A stretch of DNA of 64,000 bases, taken from Escherichia phage MN04. The notes beneath the pieces were generated by a model, which worked only from the letters and a program-made list of their open reading frames with translations, was not told where the DNA came from and did not search any database. This document shows, piece by piece, positions 1 through 8,798 of this stretch. The stretch is from the sequence record MT129654.1, one strand, 5' to 3'. The number at the start of each line of letters is the position of its first letter. Within the stretch, counting starts at the first letter, position 1. Both the position numbers and the translations under genes were made by a program.

Positions 1-27
1 TAGGTAAACTAAAAAGAGGAAAACATA

Positions 28-519
28 ATGAAAGTCTATGAACTCGAATTCCATGTACGTGATTCATCAGGCCAAACGCATCCTTATGATGCTACGGCGT
101 GTCTTATCTTTGTCGACAATGGTATGAATTCTATAACCCAGTTAGAAACACGATTAAAAGATATTAAGCTGCCAGAAAATATTCTGATGAAGGCTTACCA
201 TAACAAAAATGTTGATGTCGCTGAGGGATGCCCTTTTAGTGTGGCTCAAGCCTTGCATATCAAAGGCTATCGTTACCCGGCGGACCCGTATGCCGAAGGA
301 ACAATGGATATTTTCTATAAAGATAGAGATAGAATGGCTACTGAACGTCTTAAAGGTCGTACTTATCTGATTTCTACCGTCGAAGACCTGACGGAGGTAG
401 AATGTCAGATTTGGAAACACTTTGATATTGGTTTGCGTTTTACCCCGACCGAAGAAGCTATTCGTGATGCTAAGTTACGAGCTCGTATGTATGGTTATGG
501 TCCTATCGGTGGTTACTAA
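28..519 (+). CDS. Hypothetical early protein (occupies the position of the T4 mrh-region genes upstream of modB)
   Basis: 163-aa ORF with AG-rich SD (aaaagaggaaaac) before ATG; assignment by position only. Confidence 0.4.
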   Translation: MKVYELEFHVRDSSGQTHPYDATACLIFVDNGMNSITQLETRLKDIKLPENILMKAYHNKNVDVAEGCPFSVAQALHIKGYRYPADPYAEGTMDIFYKDRDRMATERLKGRTYLISTVEDLTEVECQIWKHFDIGLRFTPTEEAIRDAKLRARMYGYGPIGGY

Positions 520-707
520 TGGACTTATTTGATATGTTTGTCATTCCGGACCCTGAGCCTGAAACAACTCAGGAGCCGCCTGTTGACCTTGTCAACGAAC
601 TTGATATGATTATACAGAAGCACGGTTTTAAGTTGCCTAAAGATGCCCTGGCTGACCTTGCTTCTTACTATCAAGACCCTCCACCATGGGCACCTTGGGT
701 AAAATAA
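519..707 (+). CDS. Hypothetical small acidic protein
   Basis: 62-aa ORF, start overlaps previous stop (TAATG); no recognisable motif. Confidence 0.35.
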   Translation: MDLFDMFVIPDPEPETTQEPPVDLVNELDMIIQKHGFKLPKDALADLASYYQDPPPWAPWVK

Positions 708-940
708 TGAATTGGCTAACTAATATACCTACATCGGCATTAGATATCGACCGTAAACAAGCCCGTAAGGAAATCGAGCAAAAAAATATTCAGGCAAAAG
801 CTCCTAAGATTACGGCCAAGGCGCCGGAAATAAAAAGCTCTTATGAAACAAAAAGCTCTTATACTTCATATACCCAATCCCTAACAGGCCAAGCCGCTGA
901 CATTGCGGTGTTTGGCGTCCCACTCGGTGTGTTTAAGTAG
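686..940 (+). CDS. Hypothetical protein
   Basis: 84-aa ORF in six-frame track; start uncertain. Confidence 0.3.
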   Translation: MGTLGKIMNWLTNIPTSALDIDRKQARKEIEQKNIQAKAPKITAKAPEIKSSYETKSSYTSYTQSLTGQAADIAVFGVPLGVFK

Positions 941-968
941 TTTACACCTCCTCCCTTCATGTTATAAT
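940..968 (+). promoter_or_regulatory. T4-type early promoter (-35 GTTTAC, extended -10 TGTTATAAT)
   Basis: GTTTAC at 940-945, 17-nt spacer, TATAAT at 963-968; 25 nt upstream of the 993 ORF. Confidence 0.6.
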
Positions 969-992
969 GACCTCTAAATCACTGGAGGTCAT

Positions 993-1562
993 ATGAACAT
1001 CGAACAAAAATGTCTTTATCAAGACCGAATCAATTCCAAATTTTCAAAATCTGAACAAGCGTTGTTAGAGAAATGTCTGGATGCCAAAAAAGACCCTAAC
1101 TTCCATTACGACCTAGACAAACTGGTTCGTAAGCATGTCACTTCAGTGGTTCCGGTAGAGCTTTATCGTGGGATTACCACCAGAGAACTTGGGCAATTAG
1201 AGCTCCTTTCAGTAGGATGTCAATGGTCTCCTGGCCGGGTTACTTCTTTTAGTACACAATACTCTCAGGCTTGCCAGTTCGCAGGGTCATGGGAATATGG
1301 AACCAAAACCATTTTAAGTCTCAGGAATGCACCCTTCATTTTTGACTACTACAATCATGCTATCGACCTTGTTCTTGCAGGGAGTGCGGACGAACTTGAA
1401 ATAGATGAAACCCGTATTGACCTCTATGATATGGTCGAAACCGAATGTGAGTTCATGGTCTCTAGCCTATCACGATTTGAGATTGTTGAAATCGAAACTA
1501 TCAAAAGAGACCCATACGACATCGAGTACAAAATAATTCATTTAAAAATGTTGGATTTTTAG
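993..1562 (+). CDS. modB: Mono-ADP-ribosyltransferase, ModA/ModB family (ModB position by synteny)
   Basis: 189 aa; ART triad pattern LYRGI ... TSFST ... ECEFMV (R / S-x-S / E-x-E); tandem with a second ART upstream of srd-dda as in T4. Confidence 0.55.
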   Translation: MNIEQKCLYQDRINSKFSKSEQALLEKCLDAKKDPNFHYDLDKLVRKHVTSVVPVELYRGITTRELGQLELLSVGCQWSPGRVTSFSTQYSQACQFAGSWEYGTKTILSLRNAPFIFDYYNHAIDLVLAGSADELEIDETRIDLYDMVETECEFMVSSLSRFEIVEIETIKRDPYDIEYKIIHLKMLDF

Positions 1563-1616
1563 TTTACAGGCAAGGAAGCTTGTGGTACTATCTTTCTATC
1601 AACTGAGGAGAATAAT

Positions 1617-2231
1617 ATGTTATATCCAAGCCATAAATTAGCAGAATTTATCAACAATGCCAAATGCGACGATTTCCGTGAGAATACCCAGATAGAAATT
1701 GATGAGGTGTATTCTGATTTAGAACAGAGCACGCTCTGGCAGTGTATGGAAAATAAACCTGATTCTATCCAGGAAACTCTGAACAAAATTATTCGTAAGA
1801 ACCTGACTTCTGTAGTGCCTGATAAGCTCTATCGCGGTATATCTAAAAAGACCCTGAAGTATCTAGAGTCCACAATGTGTGTGGGTGCGGTAATTGAATT
1901 CGACCGCGTGATGAGCTTCTCTAAAGACTTCAACGTAGCAAGGAATTTCGCATCTTATAACTTCTACGGCACATTTAATATCTTTTGTATTAATGATGCG
2001 CCATTTGTGTACAATTATCAGGAAGAAATCTTTAAAATGTTATGTGCTGCGCCCCCTGAAGAGTTCCCAGGCGCATTTCCTGAATCTACACGTGTAGCAA
2101 ACTTACAATTAATTAATGATGAAGATGAGATGATGTTCCCTGCGGGAACTACGCTGCGCGTAGACTCTATTGAGAGAAATCCTAAATGGAATAATTACAC
2201 CATTTGGAATCTTTCCGTTCTTTCTTACTGA
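1617..2231 (+). CDS. modA: Mono-ADP-ribosyltransferase, ModA/ModB family (ModA position by synteny)
   Basis: 204 aa; LYRGIS ... MSFSKDF ... EDEMMFPAG triad pattern; tandem paralog of the preceding ORF. Confidence 0.55.
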   Translation: MLYPSHKLAEFINNAKCDDFRENTQIEIDEVYSDLEQSTLWQCMENKPDSIQETLNKIIRKNLTSVVPDKLYRGISKKTLKYLESTMCVGAVIEFDRVMSFSKDFNVARNFASYNFYGTFNIFCINDAPFVYNYQEEIFKMLCAAPPEEFPGAFPESTRVANLQLINDEDEMMFPAGTTLRVDSIERNPKWNNYTIWNLSVLSY

Positions 2232-2300
2232 ACCACCCGGTTTAATTGAAAGGCAAAGTCCTTGATTCATTATACTGTTGAAAATTTAAAGCAAAAAAGT

Positions 2301-2329
2301 GTTTACTTTATTAAGCAACATGATACTAT
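2301..2329 (+). promoter_or_regulatory. T4-type early promoter
   Basis: GTTTAC 2301-2306, 17-nt spacer, TACTAT 2324-2329 within conserved catgatactatagacctatcaa leader. Confidence 0.6.
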
Positions 2330-2368
2330 AGACCTATCAACTAATCGTCCGTAAGATGAGAAAATATC

Positions 2369-3118
2369 ATGCCTACTATTAAAACTAACGATGAATTTGA
2401 GTTAAAGGTTTACAACCGCCGCAAACACACCAAAGCTTCTGCTTATAAACGCGGTAAGGACTTCAATCTGTCCAGTAAGTATGTTCGTAGACTTCTCGAA
2501 CAAAAAGTGTGCGCTTATTCAGGCGAGTACTTTGATGAAAATTCAGTTAATGATAAGATTTCATTTGAACGTTTTAACAACGATATCGGTTATATTGAGG
2601 GTAATGTAATCCCAGTTAAAGTTAAGTATAACAGCTTACGTGCCGATTTGTCCCTTGATGAACTGAAACGTGCTCAGACTCGTTTAGCAGTTCGTATTTC
2701 AGGTAGTTCTAAAATGCCTAATAGTTTTAAAGTTACTCCTGATAACTATTATAAAATCCGTAAAATCGTTAAAAATATAAAAGATACCCAAAGAGGTCTT
2801 AAAAAACGTGAAAAACGTCTTAAAGACCTTATTAAATCGGGAGCTACTGATAAGACTCCTTCTGTTATCGCGGTTAAGGCCCGTATCCATGGTTCTAACG
2901 CTTCAATAGGTACTATGGAAAAAGGTCTTAAATCTTTAATTGGTGGGCCTGATTGGCGTGTTAAGTTTAAATTGTCTGAAGCAGAAACGCGTTACGATAT
3001 GTATGATAAAATTATTCAAGGTCTGGAGCGTTTAGAACACCTTTCTTTTATTGACAAATTGAAGTTGAAAAAAGGTCTTCCGCTGAATGCTTCAATTTTT
3101 TCACTGATTAGAGGTTAA
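2369..3118 (+). CDS. srd: Srd-like early protein (by size and position between modA and dda.1)
   Basis: 249 aa, same length class and position as T4 Srd; own early promoter; identity not checked by alignment. Confidence 0.4.
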   Translation: MPTIKTNDEFELKVYNRRKHTKASAYKRGKDFNLSSKYVRRLLEQKVCAYSGEYFDENSVNDKISFERFNNDIGYIEGNVIPVKVKYNSLRADLSLDELKRAQTRLAVRISGSSKMPNSFKVTPDNYYKIRKIVKNIKDTQRGLKKREKRLKDLIKSGATDKTPSVIAVKARIHGSNASIGTMEKGLKSLIGGPDWRVKFKLSEAETRYDMYDKIIQGLERLEHLSFIDKLKLKKGLPLNASIFSLIRG

Positions 3119-3122
3119 CGTG

Positions 3123-3419
3123 ATGTACTATGCATACGTATTAGTTCACAAGGACAAAGATGGGTATGAAATTCCATTAGAAGATGCCGGTGAAGTGACT
3201 TTGTATTCGACAAAGATTGGAGCCGACACTGCTTTAGAGGCTTATGAAATCTCAACAAAAAGATATCTTCGGCTTGGACGCCTTGAAACAGTGTGCACGC
3301 CAAGAAAGTGGTGGTTTGATAAGTGGGAAACTAAAACGGTTTTTCCTACCAAAGAACGGGCCCGAGAATTAAAATTGATTTTAGACACTTTATATGTTAA
3401 GCGAGTAAAATTGGCATGA
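3123..3419 (+). CDS. Hypothetical protein (dda.1 position)
   Basis: ATG at 3123 (track starts at GTG 3120); stop overlaps dda start. Confidence 0.4.
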   Translation: MYYAYVLVHKDKDGYEIPLEDAGEVTLYSTKIGADTALEAYEISTKRYLRLGRLETVCTPRKWWFDKWETKTVFPTKERARELKLILDTLYVKRVKLA

Positions 3420-4747
3420 TTACATTTGAAGACTTGAATATTGGGCAACGGACGGCCTTTAAAGAAATCATTGAAGCTATTAAACGACGTAAGGGCGAAT
3501 GGATTACATTGAATGGTCCTGCTGGTACAGGTAAAACGACCCTTACTAAATTTATCCTTGACCACTTAGTCAAGAATGGCGAACTCGGAGTTATTTTGAC
3601 CGCACCTACACACGCGGCCAAGAAGGTATTGTCGAAACTCGCAGGCCAAGAAGCATCGACAATCCACCGAATCTTAAAGATTAACCCGACTACATACGAA
3701 GACCAGGATATTTTTGAACAACGTGAAGCTCCTGACTTGAGCAAATGTAATGTTCTTGTGGTCGACGAAGGCTCAATGATTGACGGTAAGTTGTTTAAGA
3801 TTATCGAAGCTTCAGTTCCGCCATGGTGCACTGTACTGGGGATTGGCGACCGAGCTCAGTTACAACCTGTAGAACCAGGAAGTGATGGAAGTCCTCAGTT
3901 GTCTCCATTCTTTACCCATCCTAAAATTAAACAGCTACACCTTACTGAAGTAATGCGTAGTAATGCTCCTATCATTGAGGTTGCTACTGAAATCCGTAAT
4001 GGTGGATGGTTCCGAGATTGTATATTCGAAGGTCACGGTGTCCATGGTTTTAAATCTCAAACGGCTTTAAAAGATTTTATGATGAATTATTTTTCCATCG
4101 TAAAAGATGCTGATGCCTTGTTTGAGAACAGGATGTTTGCTTATACAAATAAATCAGTTGAAAAACTGAATAGCATTATTCGTAAAAAGCTTTATGAAAC
4201 CGATACGCCTTATATCAAGGGCGAAATCCTCGTGATGCAAGAGCCTTTTATTAAGGAACTTGAATACGACGGTAAGAAATTCTCTGAAACCATTTTTAAT
4301 AACGGCCAGATGGTTCGTATTTTAGATGTGAACCACACCTCATTGTTCTTGTCTGCCAAGGATGTAGGCACTCGCCAGATGATTAATTACTGGGACCTCC
4401 AGGTTGAATCTGTTGATGAGGATGACGAGTACTATGTAGAACACTTGAAAGTTATTGATGAGGCTTCAGTTGAGAAGTTCCATTATTTCTTGGCTAAGGT
4501 GGCTACTGAGTACAAGGCTATGCGTGGAACAGGTAAGAAACCTAAGTGGGCTGATTTCTGGAAAGCTAAGAGAATGTTCACTAAGGTTCGAGCTCTTCCG
4601 GTGAGCACTGTCCATAAATCACAGGGTCTTACTGTCCAAAACAGTTTCATCTATACTCCGTGCATGCACATGGCAGATGCCAATTTAGCTTCACAGCTGG
4701 CTTATGTTAGTATTACCCGTGCTCGCACTGATGCCTATTATGTTTGA
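3416..4747 (+). CDS. dda: Dda DNA helicase (SF1B)
   Basis: 443 aa; Walker A GPAGTGKTT; long stretches matching T4 Dda as remembered (LTAPTHAAKK, PWCT..GIGD, TPCMH); dda.1-dda-dexA synteny. Confidence 0.95.
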   Translation: MITFEDLNIGQRTAFKEIIEAIKRRKGEWITLNGPAGTGKTTLTKFILDHLVKNGELGVILTAPTHAAKKVLSKLAGQEASTIHRILKINPTTYEDQDIFEQREAPDLSKCNVLVVDEGSMIDGKLFKIIEASVPPWCTVLGIGDRAQLQPVEPGSDGSPQLSPFFTHPKIKQLHLTEVMRSNAPIIEVATEIRNGGWFRDCIFEGHGVHGFKSQTALKDFMMNYFSIVKDADALFENRMFAYTNKSVEKLNSIIRKKLYETDTPYIKGEILVMQEPFIKELEYDGKKFSETIFNNGQMVRILDVNHTSLFLSAKDVGTRQMINYWDLQVESVDEDDEYYVEHLKVIDEASVEKFHYFLAKVATEYKAMRGTGKKPKWADFWKAKRMFTKVRALPVSTVHKSQGLTVQNSFIYTPCMHMADANLASQLAYVSITRARTDAYYV

Positions 4748-4754
4748 GGAAAAT

Positions 4755-4994
4755 ATGATTAAAGTAACTAAAGACCAATTTTATAAGTTGAAATTCGAGA
4801 CGGAATATATTATTAAGGTCAACCCAGACGATACAAATATCCGTGGCAAGGCTCATAAGGTCTTGCATTCACTTAAAGAGATTGAAAGTGATTTTATTGC
4901 AGTGCAAAAACTGATGGACGACAATATCTCTTCGGTTTATATTGAAGACTATACTGTTGGCCAAATCCGAGACCTTATGAGGTACGTTAAATGA
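4755..4994 (+). CDS. Hypothetical protein (dexA.1/dexA.2 position)
   Basis: 79-aa ORF from ATG 4755 with SD ggagg-like (tgaggaaaat) upstream; stop overlaps dexA start. Confidence 0.4.
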   Translation: MIKVTKDQFYKLKFETEYIIKVNPDDTNIRGKAHKVLHSLKEIESDFIAVQKLMDDNISSVYIEDYTVGQIRDLMRYVK

Positions 4995-5665
4995 AAGATA
5001 TAATTATTGACTTCGAAACCTTTGCCACTACCCAAAATGCAGCAGTTATCGACCTCGCCGTAATTGCTTATGACCCTAATCCAGAGGTAGTAGAATCGTT
5101 TGAAGAGCTTACTCAACGCGGTCTTCGTATTAAATTTGATTTGGCTTCTCAACGCGATAAACGTCTGTTCTCTAAAAGCACATTGCAGTGGTGGAAAGAA
5201 CAAGGACCTGAAGCACGTAAAAACCTGGCTCCGTCCGAAATTGATGTGAGTACTTCTATCGGCATTGGTAATTTCCTGGAATACTGCCGTAAAAACGAAG
5301 TGGACCAATGGAAATCCCAGATGTGGTGCCGCGGAATGTCCTTTGACTTTCCGATCTTAGTCGACCTTATTCGTGATGCTTATCGTTCTGAAGGTGTTCC
5401 TGAGAACGAAATCGATACAACTAAGTTGGAACCGGTTAAATTCTGGAACCAACGTGATATCCGCACGGCCATTGAAGCCTATTCACTGACGCGTGGATTA
5501 AGCATGTGCCCTCTGCCTAACGGAACATTGAATGGCTTTGTAGCCCATGACTCTATCCATGACTGTGCTAAGGATATCTTGATGCTGAAATATGCCCAAC
5601 GATATGCTTTAAACCTGGAAGATGTTCCTGAGAATCCAGACCCATTAAGTGTAAAAAATCGATAA
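4991..5665 (+). CDS. dexA: Exonuclease A (DnaQ-like 3'-5' exonuclease)
   Basis: 224 aa; N-terminal MKDIIIDFETFATT exo motif I (D-x-E); size and position match T4 DexA. Confidence 0.85.
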   Translation: MKDIIIDFETFATTQNAAVIDLAVIAYDPNPEVVESFEELTQRGLRIKFDLASQRDKRLFSKSTLQWWKEQGPEARKNLAPSEIDVSTSIGIGNFLEYCRKNEVDQWKSQMWCRGMSFDFPILVDLIRDAYRSEGVPENEIDTTKLEPVKFWNQRDIRTAIEAYSLTRGLSMCPLPNGTLNGFVAHDSIHDCAKDILMLKYAQRYALNLEDVPENPDPLSVKNR

Positions 5666-5669
5666 AAGT

Positions 5670-5698
5670 GTTTACTTCTCCTCATGACATGATATTAT
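5670..5698 (+). promoter_or_regulatory. T4-type early promoter embedded in an 11-bp inverted repeat
   Basis: GTTTAC 5670-5675, TATTAT 5693-5698; arms ttctcctcatg (5676-5686) and catgaggagaa (5711-5721) bracket the -10 and the SD. Confidence 0.6.
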
Positions 5699-5725
5699 CT
5701 ACCCTATCAACATGAGGAGAACAAA

Positions 5726-6229
5726 ATGAAAATTTATCGAGTTGAGTCATCGTTCAGTATCTTAGATGATGGAAACGCTATCACAATACGACGAGACCTC
5801 TGTACTCAAATGACTCCGTATAGAAGTACAATGGACTCATGGAGTGAAGGCTGGTTATTGGAAGTAGGTTTCGACAGACCCAATTTTAAGCATCGTCATA
5901 CCATCAATAAAAATATTCCACTACCAAGTCAAGATAAGTTGCTGGTAGAAAATTCTAATAAAACCATTAGAACTAAGTGGAAACGGCCTGATTATGAAGA
6001 CTGTGATGATTATATTCCAGGTTGGTTTGTTAACCTCTACCATTTTGCTTTTGCCAGTGAGTATGATATGATGCGCTGGTTCACTCGTGAAGAGCGTAAA
6101 GAATTATCTTCTAAAGGATTCTATCTTGCCGTTTACGAAATACCTGAAGATGAGGTAGTCATTGGTGACCGCCAAGTAATGTTCCGCAAGTCCCATGCTG
6201 AACTCGTAGATTTTATTGAAATGAGATAA
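5726..6229 (+). CDS. Hypothetical early protein (MotB position by synteny)
   Basis: 167 aa, similar size to T4 MotB (162 aa); position dexA -> motB; no motif evidence. Confidence 0.4.
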   Translation: MKIYRVESSFSILDDGNAITIRRDLCTQMTPYRSTMDSWSEGWLLEVGFDRPNFKHRHTINKNIPLPSQDKLLVENSNKTIRTKWKRPDYEDCDDYIPGWFVNLYHFAFASEYDMMRWFTREERKELSSKGFYLAVYEIPEDEVVIGDRQVMFRKSHAELVDFIEMR

Positions 6230-6231
6230 TT

Positions 6232-6783
6232 ATGAAATTTAATTATAATCCCAAATACACACCGAACCCGGCGGCCAAATTGATTGATTTTGATGTTTTA
6301 AGCACTTATGCAGCCCCTATTGAACCATTAGAAATTAAGGAAACCACTATGACTACTCAGACTATCGAAATCGGTAAAACCTACAAACTGGTTGAACCTG
6401 AAATTAAAACTAAGGCCTTGATTTCTGGTTATAAAACTCTGACTGATGTTTTTGGCGAAGGCGAATTTATTGTTGAAGAATTCGCTAAAAGTGAGTGGTT
6501 TGACAAATCTTACGTCATCCACGGTCGCCGGTTAGATAATAACAAAATAGAGAAAAACCTGGTTTATGAAGATGAATTTGGGCTTTTCCGTGAAGTCGGA
6601 GTCGAACAAGACCCTACAGACCTGTTGTGTGCTGCTGTGGCTATCCGTCGTCCTTTTGATAATCCTATCTGTGGTTGGGTAACAGACCAGTGGATTGAAG
6701 ATGGTGTTGAACTCCTGAACGTTGTACATGCTGGTGATTTTAGCGTAGTACCTCGTAGTGCAGTGGTTAATGTATTGAATTAA
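6232..6783 (+). CDS. Hypothetical protein, paralog A of a tandem pair
   Basis: 183 aa; C-terminal block GWVTDQWIEDGVELLNVVHAGDFSVVP shared with the next ORF. Confidence 0.5.
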   Translation: MKFNYNPKYTPNPAAKLIDFDVLSTYAAPIEPLEIKETTMTTQTIEIGKTYKLVEPEIKTKALISGYKTLTDVFGEGEFIVEEFAKSEWFDKSYVIHGRRLDNNKIEKNLVYEDEFGLFREVGVEQDPTDLLCAAVAIRRPFDNPICGWVTDQWIEDGVELLNVVHAGDFSVVPRSAVVNVLN

Positions 6784-6785
6784 TA

Positions 6786-6814
6786 GTTTACTTTATCGAG
6801 AGCCATGTTATAAT
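6786..6814 (+). promoter_or_regulatory. T4-type early promoter with palindrome across the -10
   Basis: GTTTAC 6786-6791, TATAAT 6809-6814 centred in agagccatgttataatggctct. Confidence 0.6.
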
Positions 6815-6856
6815 GGCTCTTATGGATTATAATCCTTTAACCAAGAGAGAAAAATT

Positions 6857-7408
6857 ATGATTACTATCGGTGAAATTGTTCGTGTATCCAAAGAATCTCG
6901 CTCAAAAGCCGCAGGTCGTTTTGTTGAAGTTGCAGGTATTCGTACCAATTTAGTAGGTGGAATTAAAGAAGTTAAAGTGCGTATTATTCCTAAAAATGGC
7001 CAGACCGAAACCGAATTTGCTTATGTTCGCCCTAAATTTTTAAAATCGACTGAATTTACCGGATACATCGCTCCTGTAGTTGAAGAAGTTGAATCCCATG
7101 ATGGGTATGTATGTGAAAGCAATGATATTCGCGGCGTAGTAGCTCAAGACGTTGAAACTATTGACCAATCTCATGTCGGCGTTGATTTCAAATGGAAATT
7201 AGGTCGAGGAGTGTGTTTTAATACTCCTAAACCGTTCAAATATGTTGACGAACCTTTTGGTACTTACGAAACCAGTAGCATGTCTGGTTACATCACAGAC
7301 CAGTGGGTTGAAGGTGGCGTTAAGCTCTATAACATCGTGTTCCTTGGAACCTTTAAGGTTGTTCCTGAAAGCTTTATTGTTGAATATGCTAACATTCACC
7401 GTGCATAA
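6857..7408 (+). CDS. Hypothetical protein, paralog B of a tandem pair
   Basis: 183 aa; C-terminal block GYITDQWVEGGVKLYNIVFLGTFKVVP matches preceding ORF. Confidence 0.5.
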   Translation: MITIGEIVRVSKESRSKAAGRFVEVAGIRTNLVGGIKEVKVRIIPKNGQTETEFAYVRPKFLKSTEFTGYIAPVVEEVESHDGYVCESNDIRGVVAQDVETIDQSHVGVDFKWKLGRGVCFNTPKPFKYVDEPFGTYETSSMSGYITDQWVEGGVKLYNIVFLGTFKVVPESFIVEYANIHRA

Positions 7409-7569
7409 AGTTTAAAAAACAGTATACAATACGGTAGGGTAGTGATAAGATTACCCTATCAAAACAAATGAGTGAAATGGAGAATAAAAATGTTTGCACC
7501 TTATATTATGATTACAGTTATCGTTATCTGTCTGTATCTTTTAATTAAAGCTTGTTAAGGAGATTTAAA

Positions 7570-7791
7570 ATGACTACTAAAATCACTGCAAACTCGACTC
7601 GTGAAGAATTTGAAGATGTTCTGTTCAACCCTGATTTAATCGTGGTTCAAAAGGAACATTCTGATACGTTTTCTCATTTATCGTCGGTTTATGTATACGA
7701 AAATCAAGGTGATAAAAACCCTATGTATGCAGTGTTCCGTGAAATCACTGCTGAAGGCACCGACTTCTGGAAGGAAACTTACAATGCTTAA
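7570..7791 (+). CDS. Hypothetical small protein (cef position)
   Basis: 73-aa ORF from ATG 7570 with SD taaggag upstream; T4 Cef is 71 aa at the equivalent position. Confidence 0.35.
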   Translation: MTTKITANSTREEFEDVLFNPDLIVVQKEHSDTFSHLSSVYVYENQGDKNPMYAVFREITAEGTDFWKETYNA

Positions 7792-8287
7792 TCAAGAACT
7801 TGAATTTGAAAAAGGTAAATGGTACTATTTTAAAGATGACGCGGCAGAAGCTGAATTCCGTAAGCTGAATTCCCATAATATTAGGACTCCTAATAATTCT
7901 TCTATAGCAGATATTATTGTCAATTCTGAAGGTTTTTGCCCTGTTAGATTAGCGGCAGGTTATGTGATGAACGTGGACTTGGCTTATGGTGATAACATTG
8001 ATATGGTTTTATATCCAAGCGAGCGTAAATTCTTTACGGAAATGGTTGTAGTTGACAGTGAAGACGAATGGGCCGAAGATGGTTTTTCTGAAGAAGACCG
8101 GTCTGAACCGAGTGATTTCCCTTTGACTAAAATCACTATGGAAATGGGTTTAGTTGGCGGTGAAGACCAGTCTGAAGACGCAGCCCCATATGAACCGAGT
8201 GATTTCCCTTTGACTAAAATCACTATCTCCAATAATTCTGAAGCCTGGACTGTTTACCGGATGTTGAAAGCCCACTTTAAGGAATAA
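7784..8287 (+). CDS. Hypothetical acidic protein with internal tandem duplication (goF position)
   Basis: 167-aa ORF from ATG 7784; contains duplicated peptide EPSDFPLTKIT encoded by a perfect 35-bp direct repeat. Confidence 0.4.
   Translation: MLNQELEFEKGKWYYFKDDAAEAEFRKLNSHNIRTPNNSSIADIIVNSEGFCPVRLAAGYVMNVDLAYGDNIDMVLYPSERKFFTEMVVVDSEDEWAEDGFSEEDRSEPSDFPLTKITMEMGLVGGEDQSEDAAPYEPSDFPLTKITISNNSEAWTVYRMLKAHFKE
8105..8226 (+). repeat. Intragenic direct repeat (2 x 35 bp perfect, period 87 bp)
   Basis: gaaccgagtgatttccctttgactaaaatcactat at 8105-8139 and 8192-8226. Confidence 0.85.
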
Positions 8288-8288
8288 T

Positions 8289-8465
8289 ATGCCACTTTAT
8301 GATTACAAATGCCAATCCGAAGACTGTGCAAAAGAATACGAAAAAATCAAGAAAATCTCTGAAAGAGATAATGATGTTTGCCCTGATTGCCATCGGTTGG
8401 CTGTTCGGTTAGTTTCAGCTCCTAAACATGTTAACGGCGGGTTCTATGACCTGCTAACTAAGTGA
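8289..8465 (+). CDS. Small zinc-ribbon protein (CxxC ... CPxC)
   Basis: 58-aa ORF below track cutoff; YKCQSEDC ... CPDCHR, FmdB-like zinc-ribbon spacing. Confidence 0.5.
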   Translation: MPLYDYKCQSEDCAKEYEKIKKISERDNDVCPDCHRLAVRLVSAPKHVNGGFYDLLTK

Positions 8466-8471
8466 GAAATT

Positions 8472-8732
8472 ATGAAATATGTTAATCGTTCTATTGCAGC
8501 TCTTGTACTAGCAGTTTCGTTGGTTGGTTGTACTGATGCTGATAATGCCACCCGTGTATTGGATGCAAATGGCTACGAACAAATCCAAATCACAGGATAC
8601 AACTTATTTGGCTGTTCTGAAGATGATTTCCAACGTACAGGCTTTATTGCTGTAGGGCCGACAGGTAAAAGGGTTGAAGGAACAGTTTGTTCTGGGTTAT
8701 TCTTTAAAAAGTCAACCATTCGGTTTGATTAA
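8472..8732 (+). CDS. Putative lipoprotein
   Basis: 86 aa; signal peptide with lipobox LVGC (MKYVNRSIAALVLAVSLVGCTD). Confidence 0.5.
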   Translation: MKYVNRSIAALVLAVSLVGCTDADNATRVLDANGYEQIQITGYNLFGCSEDDFQRTGFIAVGPTGKRVEGTVCSGLFFKKSTIRFD

Positions 8733-8750
8733 GGGCTTCGGCCCTTTTAT
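8733..8750 (+). terminator. Rho-independent terminator
   Basis: gggcttcggccc hairpin followed by ttttat. Confidence 0.6.
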
Positions 8751-8798
8751 GCTTTAAGTGAAATGGGATAATATTCTCCTACTACATGAGGAAATAAC

